Assembly: GCA_018304465.1 (NCBI GenBank)
Contig: JAGVWC010000009.1
Span: 96,001 to 160,000 of the forward strand
Reading direction: 5' to 3'
DNA from: Candidatus Iainarchaeum sp.
Lineage (GTDB): Archaea > Iainarchaeota > Iainarchaeia > Iainarchaeales > JAGVWC01
Length of the DNA: 64,000 bases
Under the pieces are notes generated by a model, which saw only the letters and a list, made by a program, of their open reading frames with translations, was not told where the DNA came from and did not search any database. A program made the translations under genes and the position numbers. This document shows positions 38,101 to 47,941 of the stretch, one piece after another; position 1 is the first letter of the stretch, and every line of letters begins with the position of its first letter.

Positions 38101-38359
38101 GGGATCAAAAATCGTTTTTTTCCCTCCCACTCCAGACCCCATTTATCCCTATCGTTTTTTATCCAACTGGAAGCAAAACACCCGTGTGGTGGAAGATTTC
38201 CGAGTGAAGTCCGCTTCGCTTGCCGAAAACGCAAGCATCGAAGGCAACTACTACGCGTTATTCGAGTCACTGTACGGGATTGACATCCGAAAAGATTTCG
38301 ATGGAAAAATCCGTCCGCGGGGAAGCCAGTGGGACATCGGGGCATTCGAACGTTCGTAA
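35159..38359 (+). CDS. Membrane-anchored surface protein: Cys-rich repeats + right-handed beta-helix + choice-of-anchor-Q-like C-terminus
   Basis: N-terminal TM; CGN..C..E.C repeats including CGNGLIETNEACDD..GDGCSSSC (Myxococcus cysteine-rich repeat type); NHIHD/NDIHH/NNLHHN/NTIHD PbH1-like repeats; DFDGKIRP..WDIGAFE. Confidence 0.85.
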   Translation: MVQVTWVNAIGKILTIPFFVLIISGFLFFLVSQTNLLSNQNPIIDQNEQVCGNRVCESNENSFTCLLDCFACNENGTCETEIEENDYSCEKDCPIRVCNNDGKCDPKESPTDCPIDCEPKTGPCIKDGFCNKIIGETVEMCPEDCTVLPPACGDAKCNGSETCFGCQTDCGSCPFNPTCGNNIPEGTEVCDGTALNGQSCQTKGFASGILTCFSSCDDFNTVNCATPLPPCDENWSCGQWSTCSSRVQNRTCTDTNGCSTTIEQPALTQTCNNAVCGNNFREEAEICDGTDLNGQTCQSQGFANGNVACATNCQSFNMTNCVGASNVECGNGLIETNEACDDSDTSSGDGCSSSCQVESGYWCTRQPSICQAGAWAAPIGIPTPGFGIEETYRIYDDPTHRNPGVHYTQNEEGGYYTHYIDATRLTATDVDNPFGSVSKPRKTIPRNLSAGSVVEIHTSTLANYQSRIVVSGEGTPLQPIFIRGPDSLHKPVLNNTVEVGFIDRNGRYIIIENLDAPHISIRSRGVDDYKADHIAVRHSEIHHGSGTSANAYSSDIVIFNNHIHDGGDWTADYESNVSGVSAGSNTLRVWILDNDIHHFGSDSMIISGAGVLYENAARFIYIGRNNLHHNGENAVDVKRARDVIISQNTIHDFREPYAVGGSAASRPGIVIHDRPENVWILFNRFYNIGNAVTAATERGTLAMIGNVVQEGGDNRPIVQLSAGDSDLGYKSKIIFAHNTLFNVANGLSLGGNDTISVGGNIIDGISQNSSSQHIRFSGPVDSPWNLNYSLFGGPGTKAKIGWGTSVSRDVVTLGQDYSGQCAGCLETSPQFVNAPFSSVWVDTFFKATYSNAEMTEINRTGVPDSARIRTTLRVPGQDFSAVGIRIGDHVKMNSGTGVVTSLLSTDNPNLKIGAINGDTLTLNRDITLSPSSDVSFSVSYYPTTRTDVYLADVSGFAVGDKVEFGNDNVARTVSAITADSKGSKIVFFPPTPDPIYPYRFLSNWKQNTRVVEDFRVKSASLAENASIEGNYYALFESLYGIDIRKDFDGKIRPRGSQWDIGAFERS

Positions 38360-38449
38360 CTTTTTCGGTCTTTTTTTCGGCAAAAAGATTTGGCGACAAT
38401 CAACCGCGGAAATTAAATACTTCTTTCTTGTTTTATCTTTCGAAAGCGT

Positions 38450-39952
38450 ATGAATCAGCGGGCGTTCAATTTATTCACGGCGTTGGTTTCGTTTGTCCTC
38501 ATCATGCTGGCCGTGCTCATGGTCAACACCATGACGCGAACCGAAGAACGCGCCATCGCGACGGTCGCGGATCTGCAACAGCAATCCGAAATGCAGACGA
38601 TTGCGGACCTGCGCCGCGGAGACGCGTTTCAGTACGTGGTGTTTCGGATCCGGCATTTGATGGAAGAATATTTTTTCCGCACTGACGTGTATATTCCCGT
38701 GCAAAAAGGGAGAACCTGGGACCAGATGGTCTATGACGATTTCGCGTGCGCGCGCATGGGCGTGAATTGCGGAAGCGATCCGGGAGACGCGGATCGGGTA
38801 CAGTTGGCGAACTGGATTTCGGACGCGATCACGGGAATGCTTTATGAAGGCGAGTCGCGCGGACCGTATCTGGTTTCGTTGGAAGGATACGGCGCGGAAG
38901 GATTGATCGCAAAACCCAATTTCGAACGGGCCTTGACCGAAGCATTGCGATACGAGGATGCGACCGGAACGGATCCGCATCCGGTGTTCGAGCTCGTGGA
39001 CTGCGCGTATGACGAAACGGATCCGAATTGGCGTCGCGATTGTCCCGGCGGAACGTTTTACATCAATTTGCGTTTTGACAAAATCGACAACGCGACGTAC
39101 GAAGCCTTGCCGCGCATCGTGGTGACGGATTACAACGTGACGGGCGCGGTACTCAAAACCAGCGTGTTGCCGCGTTCGAATCTGCGCGTGTTCGTTCCCT
39201 TGCGCGTATTCCAGACATTGGCGCGATCCAAGGAAATCGCGGACAAAACCTTGTTCACGCCGCACATGGAAACCACGTTGTCGAACATGCATATCGGCGT
39301 GTGCGATGTGAGCAGTTGTGCGATCGAACGCAGGTTGAGTTCTCCGCAGCCGTCGATTCCGATTCCGGCTGGAACTGGCTGCGCGGGAACCACGGATACC
39401 GCGACGTATCATTTTGCCAAACCCGGCGCGCAGCCGCTGCCGTTGCCCACGGTTCCGGCGTCGATCATCAATTTTGATCCGAACTCTCCTGCGGATATGG
39501 TGGAAAAACTCGCGGATTACGCGCGCCGATGGATTTGCGAAACCGCGCGGGTACCACTGGCCGCCGAACTTGTTTCGGATCCCGCGGAAAGAGATTTGAA
39601 ATTGTTGACGAATCCCGCCGACAACTGTGTGTTCGTGAACACGACGCTTCGCCCAAACGCCGAGTCGCGTCCGATTATGATGCGCTGGGGCGGTGTGAAA
39701 CAATTCCCCGCAAACCAGGCGTTTTGCACGATGTTTGGCACCGCAGGCAGTTCCGCGTACCAGACGTACGCGAGTTTGTCGTTTTTGGAACAAAACGAAA
39801 ATTACAAAGTGCGGAAAAACTCGAGCGGAACCTACAACGTGCGGATTTATCCGTCGTGGCCGACCAAACCGAAACCGAACTTCGGAACGTGTTATGACGA
39901 CTGCGATCCGGATGATTTGACGATCTGCGGAAGCGTTTCGTGCAATCCTTAA
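38450..39952 (+). CDS. Large pilin-like/adhesin protein with class III-like signal
   Basis: MNQRA/FNLFTALVSFVLIMLAVLMV followed by an extended helix and a Cys-rich globular part; AT-rich upstream region. Confidence 0.75.
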   Translation: MNQRAFNLFTALVSFVLIMLAVLMVNTMTRTEERAIATVADLQQQSEMQTIADLRRGDAFQYVVFRIRHLMEEYFFRTDVYIPVQKGRTWDQMVYDDFACARMGVNCGSDPGDADRVQLANWISDAITGMLYEGESRGPYLVSLEGYGAEGLIAKPNFERALTEALRYEDATGTDPHPVFELVDCAYDETDPNWRRDCPGGTFYINLRFDKIDNATYEALPRIVVTDYNVTGAVLKTSVLPRSNLRVFVPLRVFQTLARSKEIADKTLFTPHMETTLSNMHIGVCDVSSCAIERRLSSPQPSIPIPAGTGCAGTTDTATYHFAKPGAQPLPLPTVPASIINFDPNSPADMVEKLADYARRWICETARVPLAAELVSDPAERDLKLLTNPADNCVFVNTTLRPNAESRPIMMRWGGVKQFPANQAFCTMFGTAGSSAYQTYASLSFLEQNENYKVRKNSSGTYNVRIYPSWPTKPKPNFGTCYDDCDPDDLTICGSVSCNP

Positions 39953-40059
39953 GCAAACCATTAAAAACGTTAAAACCCATGAAATTGCAGTTTTCCCGAG
40001 AATGGGCGGGAAAAAGATTAAAATACACCATTAATCTACTATAATGAGAAAGTGAGTCC

Positions 40060-43000
40060 ATGGGCCTTGGGGATTCGGTTAAAAGTTTTTACCTGTCATT
40101 GGAAGACAAATACTATTCGGGCCTTGATTGGCTGGACTCCAAAGGAGTTCCCGTGTACGGCGTGGTCGACGCGATCGAGTCGGCCAATATTCCAAGTTTT
40201 CCGATTTTCGCTTTGCTCGTGCTCGTGATTTTAGCCGGAATTGGATTCGTATTGATCGGCGGTTTTTCGCCGGCGGAATCAAACGTTTCTTTGTCGATTG
40301 TCGATGAAGAAAGCAACCCCGTGGCCGCGGCAACGGTGGCAGCCAAGATTCGTGATTCCACTGCGGATCCCAACTCGTTGATTTCGAATGTTGAAGGCGT
40401 AGTTACGTTTAAGGTTCCGTTCGGAACCATCGTGGATGTTACCGTCACCAAGGATGGTTTTGCCGAAGCCAAAGAATCGGTTTCTCCGAATACCGCGGAA
40501 TTTTCGAAGACCATCGTGTTGTCCGAATCCCAATCGACGGACACGCGCGTGATCCGGATCGTGAACGCCGCGGATAACTCGGTGTACACGGCTCCCATTT
40601 CTTTGCGTTTTTCGTGCATCGGAAATTCGTCGTTTTCAAAAGAAGTGACGTCGCAAAACGGTCAGGTGACGGTGGATGGAATTCCAAAGAACTGCGGGTT
40701 GCTCGTGGCCGCGGTAAGCACTTCCGGTTTGTCGGTTGGAAGCGGTCAGATTGATTTGGCGGCGCCGTCGCCGGTCATTACGGTTTCGGAAGAACAATTG
40801 ATTACGGGAACCGTCAAAGTCGTGGTTGCCGGCGAAACCCAAAAAGCGCTTTCCAATATCAATGTGCGCTTGTTAAAACAAAACGGACAGTCCTTGGGTT
40901 CGCAGTCTACGGGAGAAACGGGGATTGTTTCGTTTGAAAAGGTTCCGATCGGAAAATATTTCGTGCGCGCAACGGATCTGGGTTCTCCCGCGCGTTTTGC
41001 CGAGTTTGATTCTTCCGTCAAAGGAACCATCAAAGACGTTTTGGAAAACCAGTCCACCGAATTCGCGGTGACGATGGAAGAAAAAGTCCTTGGAAAAATC
41101 AAGTTGTTGGTGCGCGATTCGGAGTCTTTGCAGCCGGTTTCGAATGTATCCGTCACGTTGTACAAGGACAAAACCGAATTGGATGTCAAAAGCACGGGTA
41201 GCGACGGCAAAGTCGAATTTTCCGTGGGAGACACGGCGCCGGTATACGGATTGAAACTGGATCATCAGAGTTATTTGATTGCAACAAAAGCGTCTGTGGG
41301 CGCGTCCGATTCCGTGCAAGAAGTGTTGCTTGAAAAACTCACGAGCGAAAACGGGAACAGCACTGAAGTATCCGTGGTCGATCAGACGAACCAACCGGTT
41401 GAAAACGTCAAGGTCGTGTTGAAGAAACTGGACGGAACGATCGCAAGCGAAGTACTCGTCACGGGTAGCACCGGAAAAGCGCGTTTTTCGCGTCTTGTTC
41501 CCGACACGTATTATGCGTTTGTTTCAAAAGAAGGAATCGGAGAAAACAATTCCGACAGTGTGGCGGTCACGGACCGGCAGTTATCCAAGATTTTGGTAGC
41601 GCTTGAAATCGGTTCGGGTGACTTTGAAGTCACGGTGCTCGACGCGGGGTTACAGCCGTTAAGCGGCGCGACCGTCAAAGCGATTGATCTTTATTCGCAA
41701 GCAGTGCTGGCCACGCAGTCTTCGCAGTCGGATGGAAAAGCGAAGTTTTCGATTCGAACCGACAAACGCGTGTTTTTTGAAGTGACCGCGCCTGGATTTG
41801 CGTCGTTTTACACGGTCTCGTTGTCGCCGCAAAACGGAGCCACGCGTTTTGTGGTCAGCCAACTGGTCGCCGACATCGCCAAATTGGAAGTCCGCTGGCT
41901 TGGGCTTGCGGTTGGGGAAGAACAAGTGGCGGAAGACAGTTCCACGCCGCCGTTAAAAGCGGGTGAAAAATACACCGCACGATTGTTGCTATTGATTCCA
42001 AAAGACACGCAACTGGACGAAGCCGGCGTGCATGTGCGCACCGGCAAAAGCGACGTTGAAGCCGTCAATGTGTTGGAAAGCGATTATTTGTTTATTTCAA
42101 GAATCAATTCCGCGGCGACAGGCATGATTCGTGGAACCACGTTTTCGCCTCCCACGGGTTATGCGGAGGATTCGACGCATTTGACCACCGGAGATTCGAA
42201 ATGGGCGAACATGGTGTTTTCGCGTCCGAAAGGCGGCGCGTACCAAATCGAAGCCGAAATCGTGGTGCGCGACAATACGCCGCTTGGAACCACTTTGGAA
42301 ATCAATTATCGCGGTTGGGGAAAAACCGGTTCGTACGTGCGGTTCCCGACGGATCGGGTGTTGGGCGAAAACGAATCCGCGCAGGGAAAACAAGCCTTGT
42401 ACGCGGTGACGAACACCAAGCTTTACAGCGTGGGGCCTTCGAGTTTGTGCAGCGGAAGCTTTTGCACGGTCATTTCGATTCAGGATTTGTCCCAGGACCT
42501 GCAGACCGGTGTCTTTGATTCGTTTCCGGCAAAGCCTTTGACGGATTACAAATTGTTTTTTACCATTATCAACAATGGTTCCGCGGCGTTTGGAAACGCG
42601 CAAGTCGAGGTTTCGACCCAGACCGGCGGATTGGTGTTTGACGAGTACCAGATCACGGATTCGGCGGGTCAACGCGCCAGCGGAAACGCAAGCGGCGCGG
42701 GTTCGTTTAGTGTTCCGGTGAACGATTTCACGCAAAGCTCGACGATTTTCGGAAACGTGGTTTTTTCCACGGCCAGCGAAGGCATCACGCGGTTGTTGAT
42801 CACGGTCAAGAGTTCATCGTCCGGCGTGTTCCAAAAAGCGATCGATCTTGAAGTCGAACCCTTGCGCGACATGAACATCGACGTGTTGCCCAAGAACATC
42901 GTTTCGTTCCTAAACAATGATTTGCTGGTGCGGGCAACCGACCGGAATTCCGAATCCGGCATTCCGAATGTTTCGATCGAAATTTTCCAAAACGACTTTC

Positions 43001-46000
43001 GGATCGCGTCCGGTGTCACGGACGGAAGCGGCGTGTTTCGAAAAACCTTGCAGGCGCCGTCGCCGGGAAGCGTTTTCGTGCTGAAAGCCAAAAAACCGGG
43101 GTACAAAACCGTGGAACAGCAATTGAAGGTGTCGCCTTCGATTTTGGACGTGGTTCCAAGTTCAATCGAGGAAACCCTGACGACCGTGGGATTGTTTAGC
43201 CTTCAAAAAGAATTGATTATCACGAATCGCACGGCGTTGGATTTGACGATTCGCGAAATTCGTTTCAACAACGATTTTAACCGCCTGGTGCGCGGACGCT
43301 TAAGCCAGAATTACGCGGGCCAAAAACTTTCCCAGGGCATCGATTCGAACGTGTTCGTGATCATTGAATTGACGGACGACGGAAAACGCTTGTTGCAACG
43401 CCAAGACGTGCATGGAACCTTGACGATTTACGTGTCGGATGCCGAGAACACGGCGACGTGGGCCAATGAAATTCCCGTGACGGTTCACATCGGGTTTGGC
43501 GGCGAAGTCCTCGAACCCAAATGTTTGATTATTTCTCCCGATAAAACCGAAGTGTTTTCGTTTGGAAACGCGGTGACCACGCAGGTATTGGTCGCGAACA
43601 AGTGCCGCGCGGACGCGAGTTTCGTTCCGTTGCAAAACCTTGAAGCCAAAGTCTCGTGGAAAGGAACCGGAAACGAAATCGGGTTGTTCGGTCTTGCGTC
43701 GACCGGCGAAACATCGGCAAGCGAAGAAAGCGCTTCTTTTGCGGGACTTTCCCCAAGCAACGGCGCATACTTGTCCGGAGTCGCGCGTTTTGATGCCGGC
43801 GCCACGCTGTCCAAGATTTATCGTACCACGTTGGAAGCCTTGAATCCGAATACTGAAAACGCGTTTGATTTGACGTTTGCGCCAAAACCCGGAATCGCGG
43901 GCGGTTCTGGCATTGCCGTGATCACGTTTCGAGCGCATCATCCCGCGAACAACGGCGAAGAACTCTTGTCGGGTTCGATCGAAGTACCAGTCAATGTCAA
44001 TGATTTGTTGCGTTGCATCGAAATCGACCGCACCCAGCGTTTAACGGTGCAGTCCACGCCGCCGGGAATCGGCTACGGAATTTACGATCAATTCGGATAC
44101 GGCGGTTCCACGAACCAAGGATTCGGCCGGTTCGATTACCAAGGCGCTCAGAATTATTACGGCGGTTACAACAACGGAACCTTGGGAACCGGTGTGTACG
44201 GCGGCTATGGCCCCGGAAACGTAACGGTTCCGCCGGTCGGAGGCGCCAGCAACGCAAACCCGACGTTGGTGGATTATCCCGAACGCGTGCAGGCATTCAA
44301 TTATCCGTACGCGGGTTACTCCGAACCGTTTTACGATACCTTGTCCCCGTACCAGGGAACCTCGTTTGGAATGCCGTTCAATTACAGCAACGCGTGGAGA
44401 GGACAAACGAACTTTTTCACGGTGCGAAACAATTGTTCGATTCCGGTGCAAATCCAGTTGAGTCCGGATCCGGAATTGTTGGTGGACAACGCCAAGTTTT
44501 CGTTGTCGCCCGGAAACGATCAGCGCGTGGAGATCCAGAGTTCGAACTATTACGGCTCTTACCGGATTAATGTGGCCGGAAAAGCCGAAACCGGAACCGA
44601 TTTGCCGAGAAAAATCGCGTCGTTAAACGTGGACGTGATGCCCGCGGATGATCCGAGCCGTTACCGCGATTGCATCAAGCTTTCCACGACGCGATTCATG
44701 TTCAATGATTTGGTGCAACGACCCGTGACCGCCAAAGTATTCAATTCGTGTTTTGGCCAAGGCGTGCGATTGGATTATGATTCCGTGACGTTTAGCAACC
44801 AAGCGTACGGAGAAATCCAGGCGCAATCCGAAGGCGTGAATGGTTTGATTCAAGGCGTGCAAGTCATTGATTTGAGCACGCGACGCATGAGCGGCAACCA
44901 GGCGCAGCAAGTGCTTGAATTCGAGATTTACAAGAATCTTTCGTATCGCACCCAACCGGGTTTTCCATATCAGCAAGCCCCGCAAGACGATTTGTACGGT
45001 TTGCGCATCATGGCAACCCAAGCCTATAATCGCGTGCAGTCACCGGGAAGCCTCGTGGTCCGGTACATGACGCCGGAAGGAATGACGCAACAAAAAGCGT
45101 TTCGCGTGACACTCGAAGACCAATGGAACCTCCTCAACATGCTTCCGATGTTTTCGCTTGGAAACCCCTATATTCATCCCCAGCAATGCCTGGTTGAAAA
45201 AGCATTGGATTTCGGCAGTTGTTTGACGGATTCAGATTTTGCGGGAAAAAACACGTATTCATATAGTGCGCGCCGCGTTTTGAATGTCGGCGGTTCCCAA
45301 GGCGGCACGGGAACAGGCTATGGCGGCGTCGGTTCGATGTATCCGTATTCGCCGTACGCAAACCCCGCCATGGTCGGAAACCCGTCGTATGGATACAATC
45401 CATATGGCACAAGCCCGATCGGTGGCTATTCGGGCGCTCAAGACCCGTATTTGGGGAACACGTTCCAGCCCAGCAACGCTCCCAATGCGCTGGTTCAACC
45501 GTATCCGTACTATAATCCGTCGCCAACGGTCTCCGGTTATCCGAATGGTCAATTCGGCGGACAAGCGAACATGTGCGGAAGCGTTGATTCTTTGATCTTA
45601 AGCGGAAAAGAACAGGGATCCGTCATAACCAAGGATGGTTTGCGCGTCACCGTGGCGGTTGCAACCGAAGGCGGCGTCGGAGGCGCGAACGCCGTGCGCG
45701 TCACCGTGGACAGGTCCAATGTCAAGGCGGGTCGCATTGAAGTCAATGAAACCCTACGCGCCCAGGTACGGCGACAAACCCCGCTTGGAACGTATGATAT
45801 TTCTCTTCCGTTACGCGTATGCGTGGAATTTAAGCAAGGCGGAACTGGAACCGGTACGCCGACTCCTGGCGGTGGCGCGATTTTGGGTCCTGATGGAATC
45901 GTTCCGGGTTCAACGCCACCCGTGGCATGCGACGAGGCAAGCCAGCAAACCGGTCCGGGTGCGTTTGACAAGGCGCGTTTTTACATGCTAAAACTCGATT

Positions 46001-47874
46001 GGAAATACGATTCGATTGCGGCCGAACAATGCAATTATGTCAGCGGCCAGAAATCGGACAAACAAAACAACTTTTGCGACGGCGTACAGCATTTGGCGGC
46101 CTTGACCAAGAAAGTCAAAGCGATTCGCGAAACCGTGTCGGCGAACGAAGCCAAATTCAATTCTGAGGAAACCATGAAAAAAGTATACGGAATCACGGAG
46201 GACACAAAGCTTTCCGAGTACAAGATTTCCAGTCGATTGCCGCAATGGATGATCGAACACGTGATCATCAATCAGGACGTCGTGTTTAATGCCGGCAAGT
46301 TCCAATGGGTATCCGACAAAACCAAAACGAAACCCATGGCGTACATGGTCAGCAAGAAATCGGACGAGTTGCTGGTGAAAGGCGCGGTCAGTTCCGAGAT
46401 GTTTACGCGCGTGAAAGCATTGAACGAAGTCACGAACAAGACGCCGAATCCCGAGACCTTTGGCGTGATTGTGTCCAAAATGAGCGAAGCCTTGACGGGT
46501 TTGGCCGCGCTTCCCGCGGATTCCGACAAAATCGTTTTGTTGTTTGAAAAAAAACCCGAATTGGATGGACTATTGCCAAAATTGGGAGCGGATTTGGTTT
46601 CGATCAAGGACACGCAGTTCTATGCCTTGACCCTAAACGAATACGGGTTGTTCCACCAGCAATTGGCCGCGGTTTTGGACCTGGATAAAAAACAATCCGC
46701 GGACATCCAGATCGGAGACACCACGGTGAACGTGACGAACGCGGCAATGCAATCGATGCTGGCCAACATCAAGGTGTTGTCCGCGGTGGAAGAAGGCGAA
46801 GGATCCGAATACACGTATTTCGCGTACAAGAACGGAAAATTGCGAAAAGAGCTCGAAGGATCCAAGATCGACCTTGAAAAGTTTTTCGAAACCTTCGTAT
46901 TGGCGCAGACATTGCTGATCAAGGATAATTATTCCCAGCAATTAAAGGATAATTTCCAGTCCGCTTACCAAGGCGCGTTCGGATCCGAGAAAGACACGGA
47001 TTATTTGAACGTGAAAAACTGGGAGTTTGAATCCCCGCAATTAAGCCAAAGCGGCGTGTACATGACCATGATCGAATACAACTGGGCGGACAGCCAAAAG
47101 CCCCTCAAGATCGGAATCACCAAGGATACGAGCGCGGTTCCCCAAGACGTGGCGGACGCCGTGGCCAACAATCCGTTGTTTTCCATGCCATTTGACGTTT
47201 TGACAGTTCCGGGAACGGATTTCGGAACGGGAACCAGCGAACAATTCTTGATCGCGGCGCAAACCCGCTCGAACGTGACGGGCCAAACCATGGTCGCAAG
47301 CCAAGTCAAGAAACTCGGGGACGCAAAACTGCACTCGGGCGTTTTGTTTGAATTAAACCAGAACAACCTCGTGTTCGCGCCTTCGGTAGCGTACGCGTTT
47401 TCACAGACCCAAGCCGGCGAAACCGGTTTGCTTTACGAAGTCAAGATGGGCGGCAATTCGGCTCCGGCGATTCGTTGGAGTTCAGGTGAAGGCGGATTGG
47501 GAACGCCGAAAAGCATTTGCGGCATCACGGGCGACAATCAGTATTATCTGGTGAAAGGACAATCGACCGCCGGAACATTGTTTTTGCCAGCGGAAGCGAC
47601 TCCGGCCAGCGTGCGATTGATTTGTACGCAAAACACGGCTTCGCTTTCCGGAAAAAAATTCGAGTTCAAGAACGGCATCGTGGCCCCTAGCGCATTAACC
47701 GGTGTTTCGACGACCAAGGATTCGAAAGCCAATAACGCGATGGATTTGGGGTTGTCCAGCGCTTCCGCGGTTTCTTTGTACGACATGGTCCAGGGAATCC
47801 GGTCGGGTTACGTGTGCATTTCTTCTTCTGGCGGATCCATGACCATGCATTGGAACGCAAAGCAGATCAAGTAA
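40060..47874 (+). CDS. Giant surface protein 2 (2604 aa, intact)
   Basis: EDKYYSGLDWLDSKGVPVY..IPSFP + TM; Ig-like repeats; GVHVRTG, KWANM and YRGWG motifs shared with the paralogs; two Tyr/Gly/Pro-rich inserts. Confidence 0.92.
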   Translation: MGLGDSVKSFYLSLEDKYYSGLDWLDSKGVPVYGVVDAIESANIPSFPIFALLVLVILAGIGFVLIGGFSPAESNVSLSIVDEESNPVAAATVAAKIRDSTADPNSLISNVEGVVTFKVPFGTIVDVTVTKDGFAEAKESVSPNTAEFSKTIVLSESQSTDTRVIRIVNAADNSVYTAPISLRFSCIGNSSFSKEVTSQNGQVTVDGIPKNCGLLVAAVSTSGLSVGSGQIDLAAPSPVITVSEEQLITGTVKVVVAGETQKALSNINVRLLKQNGQSLGSQSTGETGIVSFEKVPIGKYFVRATDLGSPARFAEFDSSVKGTIKDVLENQSTEFAVTMEEKVLGKIKLLVRDSESLQPVSNVSVTLYKDKTELDVKSTGSDGKVEFSVGDTAPVYGLKLDHQSYLIATKASVGASDSVQEVLLEKLTSENGNSTEVSVVDQTNQPVENVKVVLKKLDGTIASEVLVTGSTGKARFSRLVPDTYYAFVSKEGIGENNSDSVAVTDRQLSKILVALEIGSGDFEVTVLDAGLQPLSGATVKAIDLYSQAVLATQSSQSDGKAKFSIRTDKRVFFEVTAPGFASFYTVSLSPQNGATRFVVSQLVADIAKLEVRWLGLAVGEEQVAEDSSTPPLKAGEKYTARLLLLIPKDTQLDEAGVHVRTGKSDVEAVNVLESDYLFISRINSAATGMIRGTTFSPPTGYAEDSTHLTTGDSKWANMVFSRPKGGAYQIEAEIVVRDNTPLGTTLEINYRGWGKTGSYVRFPTDRVLGENESAQGKQALYAVTNTKLYSVGPSSLCSGSFCTVISIQDLSQDLQTGVFDSFPAKPLTDYKLFFTIINNGSAAFGNAQVEVSTQTGGLVFDEYQITDSAGQRASGNASGAGSFSVPVNDFTQSSTIFGNVVFSTASEGITRLLITVKSSSSGVFQKAIDLEVEPLRDMNIDVLPKNIVSFLNNDLLVRATDRNSESGIPNVSIEIFQNDFRIASGVTDGSGVFRKTLQAPSPGSVFVLKAKKPGYKTVEQQLKVSPSILDVVPSSIEETLTTVGLFSLQKELIITNRTALDLTIREIRFNNDFNRLVRGRLSQNYAGQKLSQGIDSNVFVIIELTDDGKRLLQRQDVHGTLTIYVSDAENTATWANEIPVTVHIGFGGEVLEPKCLIISPDKTEVFSFGNAVTTQVLVANKCRADASFVPLQNLEAKVSWKGTGNEIGLFGLASTGETSASEESASFAGLSPSNGAYLSGVARFDAGATLSKIYRTTLEALNPNTENAFDLTFAPKPGIAGGSGIAVITFRAHHPANNGEELLSGSIEVPVNVNDLLRCIEIDRTQRLTVQSTPPGIGYGIYDQFGYGGSTNQGFGRFDYQGAQNYYGGYNNGTLGTGVYGGYGPGNVTVPPVGGASNANPTLVDYPERVQAFNYPYAGYSEPFYDTLSPYQGTSFGMPFNYSNAWRGQTNFFTVRNNCSIPVQIQLSPDPELLVDNAKFSLSPGNDQRVEIQSSNYYGSYRINVAGKAETGTDLPRKIASLNVDVMPADDPSRYRDCIKLSTTRFMFNDLVQRPVTAKVFNSCFGQGVRLDYDSVTFSNQAYGEIQAQSEGVNGLIQGVQVIDLSTRRMSGNQAQQVLEFEIYKNLSYRTQPGFPYQQAPQDDLYGLRIMATQAYNRVQSPGSLVVRYMTPEGMTQQKAFRVTLEDQWNLLNMLPMFSLGNPYIHPQQCLVEKALDFGSCLTDSDFAGKNTYSYSARRVLNVGGSQGGTGTGYGGVGSMYPYSPYANPAMVGNPSYGYNPYGTSPIGGYSGAQDPYLGNTFQPSNAPNALVQPYPYYNPSPTVSGYPNGQFGGQANMCGSVDSLILSGKEQGSVITKDGLRVTVAVATEGGVGGANAVRVTVDRSNVKAGRIEVNETLRAQVRRQTPLGTYDISLPLRVCVEFKQGGTGTGTPTPGGGAILGPDGIVPGSTPPVACDEASQQTGPGAFDKARFYMLKLDWKYDSIAAEQCNYVSGQKSDKQNNFCDGVQHLAALTKKVKAIRETVSANEAKFNSEETMKKVYGITEDTKLSEYKISSRLPQWMIEHVIINQDVVFNAGKFQWVSDKTKTKPMAYMVSKKSDELLVKGAVSSEMFTRVKALNEVTNKTPNPETFGVIVSKMSEALTGLAALPADSDKIVLLFEKKPELDGLLPKLGADLVSIKDTQFYALTLNEYGLFHQQLAAVLDLDKKQSADIQIGDTTVNVTNAAMQSMLANIKVLSAVEEGEGSEYTYFAYKNGKLRKELEGSKIDLEKFFETFVLAQTLLIKDNYSQQLKDNFQSAYQGAFGSEKDTDYLNVKNWEFESPQLSQSGVYMTMIEYNWADSQKPLKIGITKDTSAVPQDVADAVANNPLFSMPFDVLTVPGTDFGTGTSEQFLIAAQTRSNVTGQTMVASQVKKLGDAKLHSGVLFELNQNNLVFAPSVAYAFSQTQAGETGLLYEVKMGGNSAPAIRWSSGEGGLGTPKSICGITGDNQYYLVKGQSTAGTLFLPAEATPASVRLICTQNTASLSGKKFEFKNGIVAPSALTGVSTTKDSKANNAMDLGLSSASAVSLYDMVQGIRSGYVCISSSGGSMTMHWNAKQIK

Positions 47875-47941
47875 GCCAACAGGCTTTTATAGTTCTTTTT
47901 GCCTTTATTTCCACACATACGCGTGTCCAAAAGGGTTTTTC

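Noticed and set aside
38471-39961. 496-aa minus-strand ORF
   Set aside because: Mirror of the plus-strand pilin-like gene; Arg/His-rich shadow
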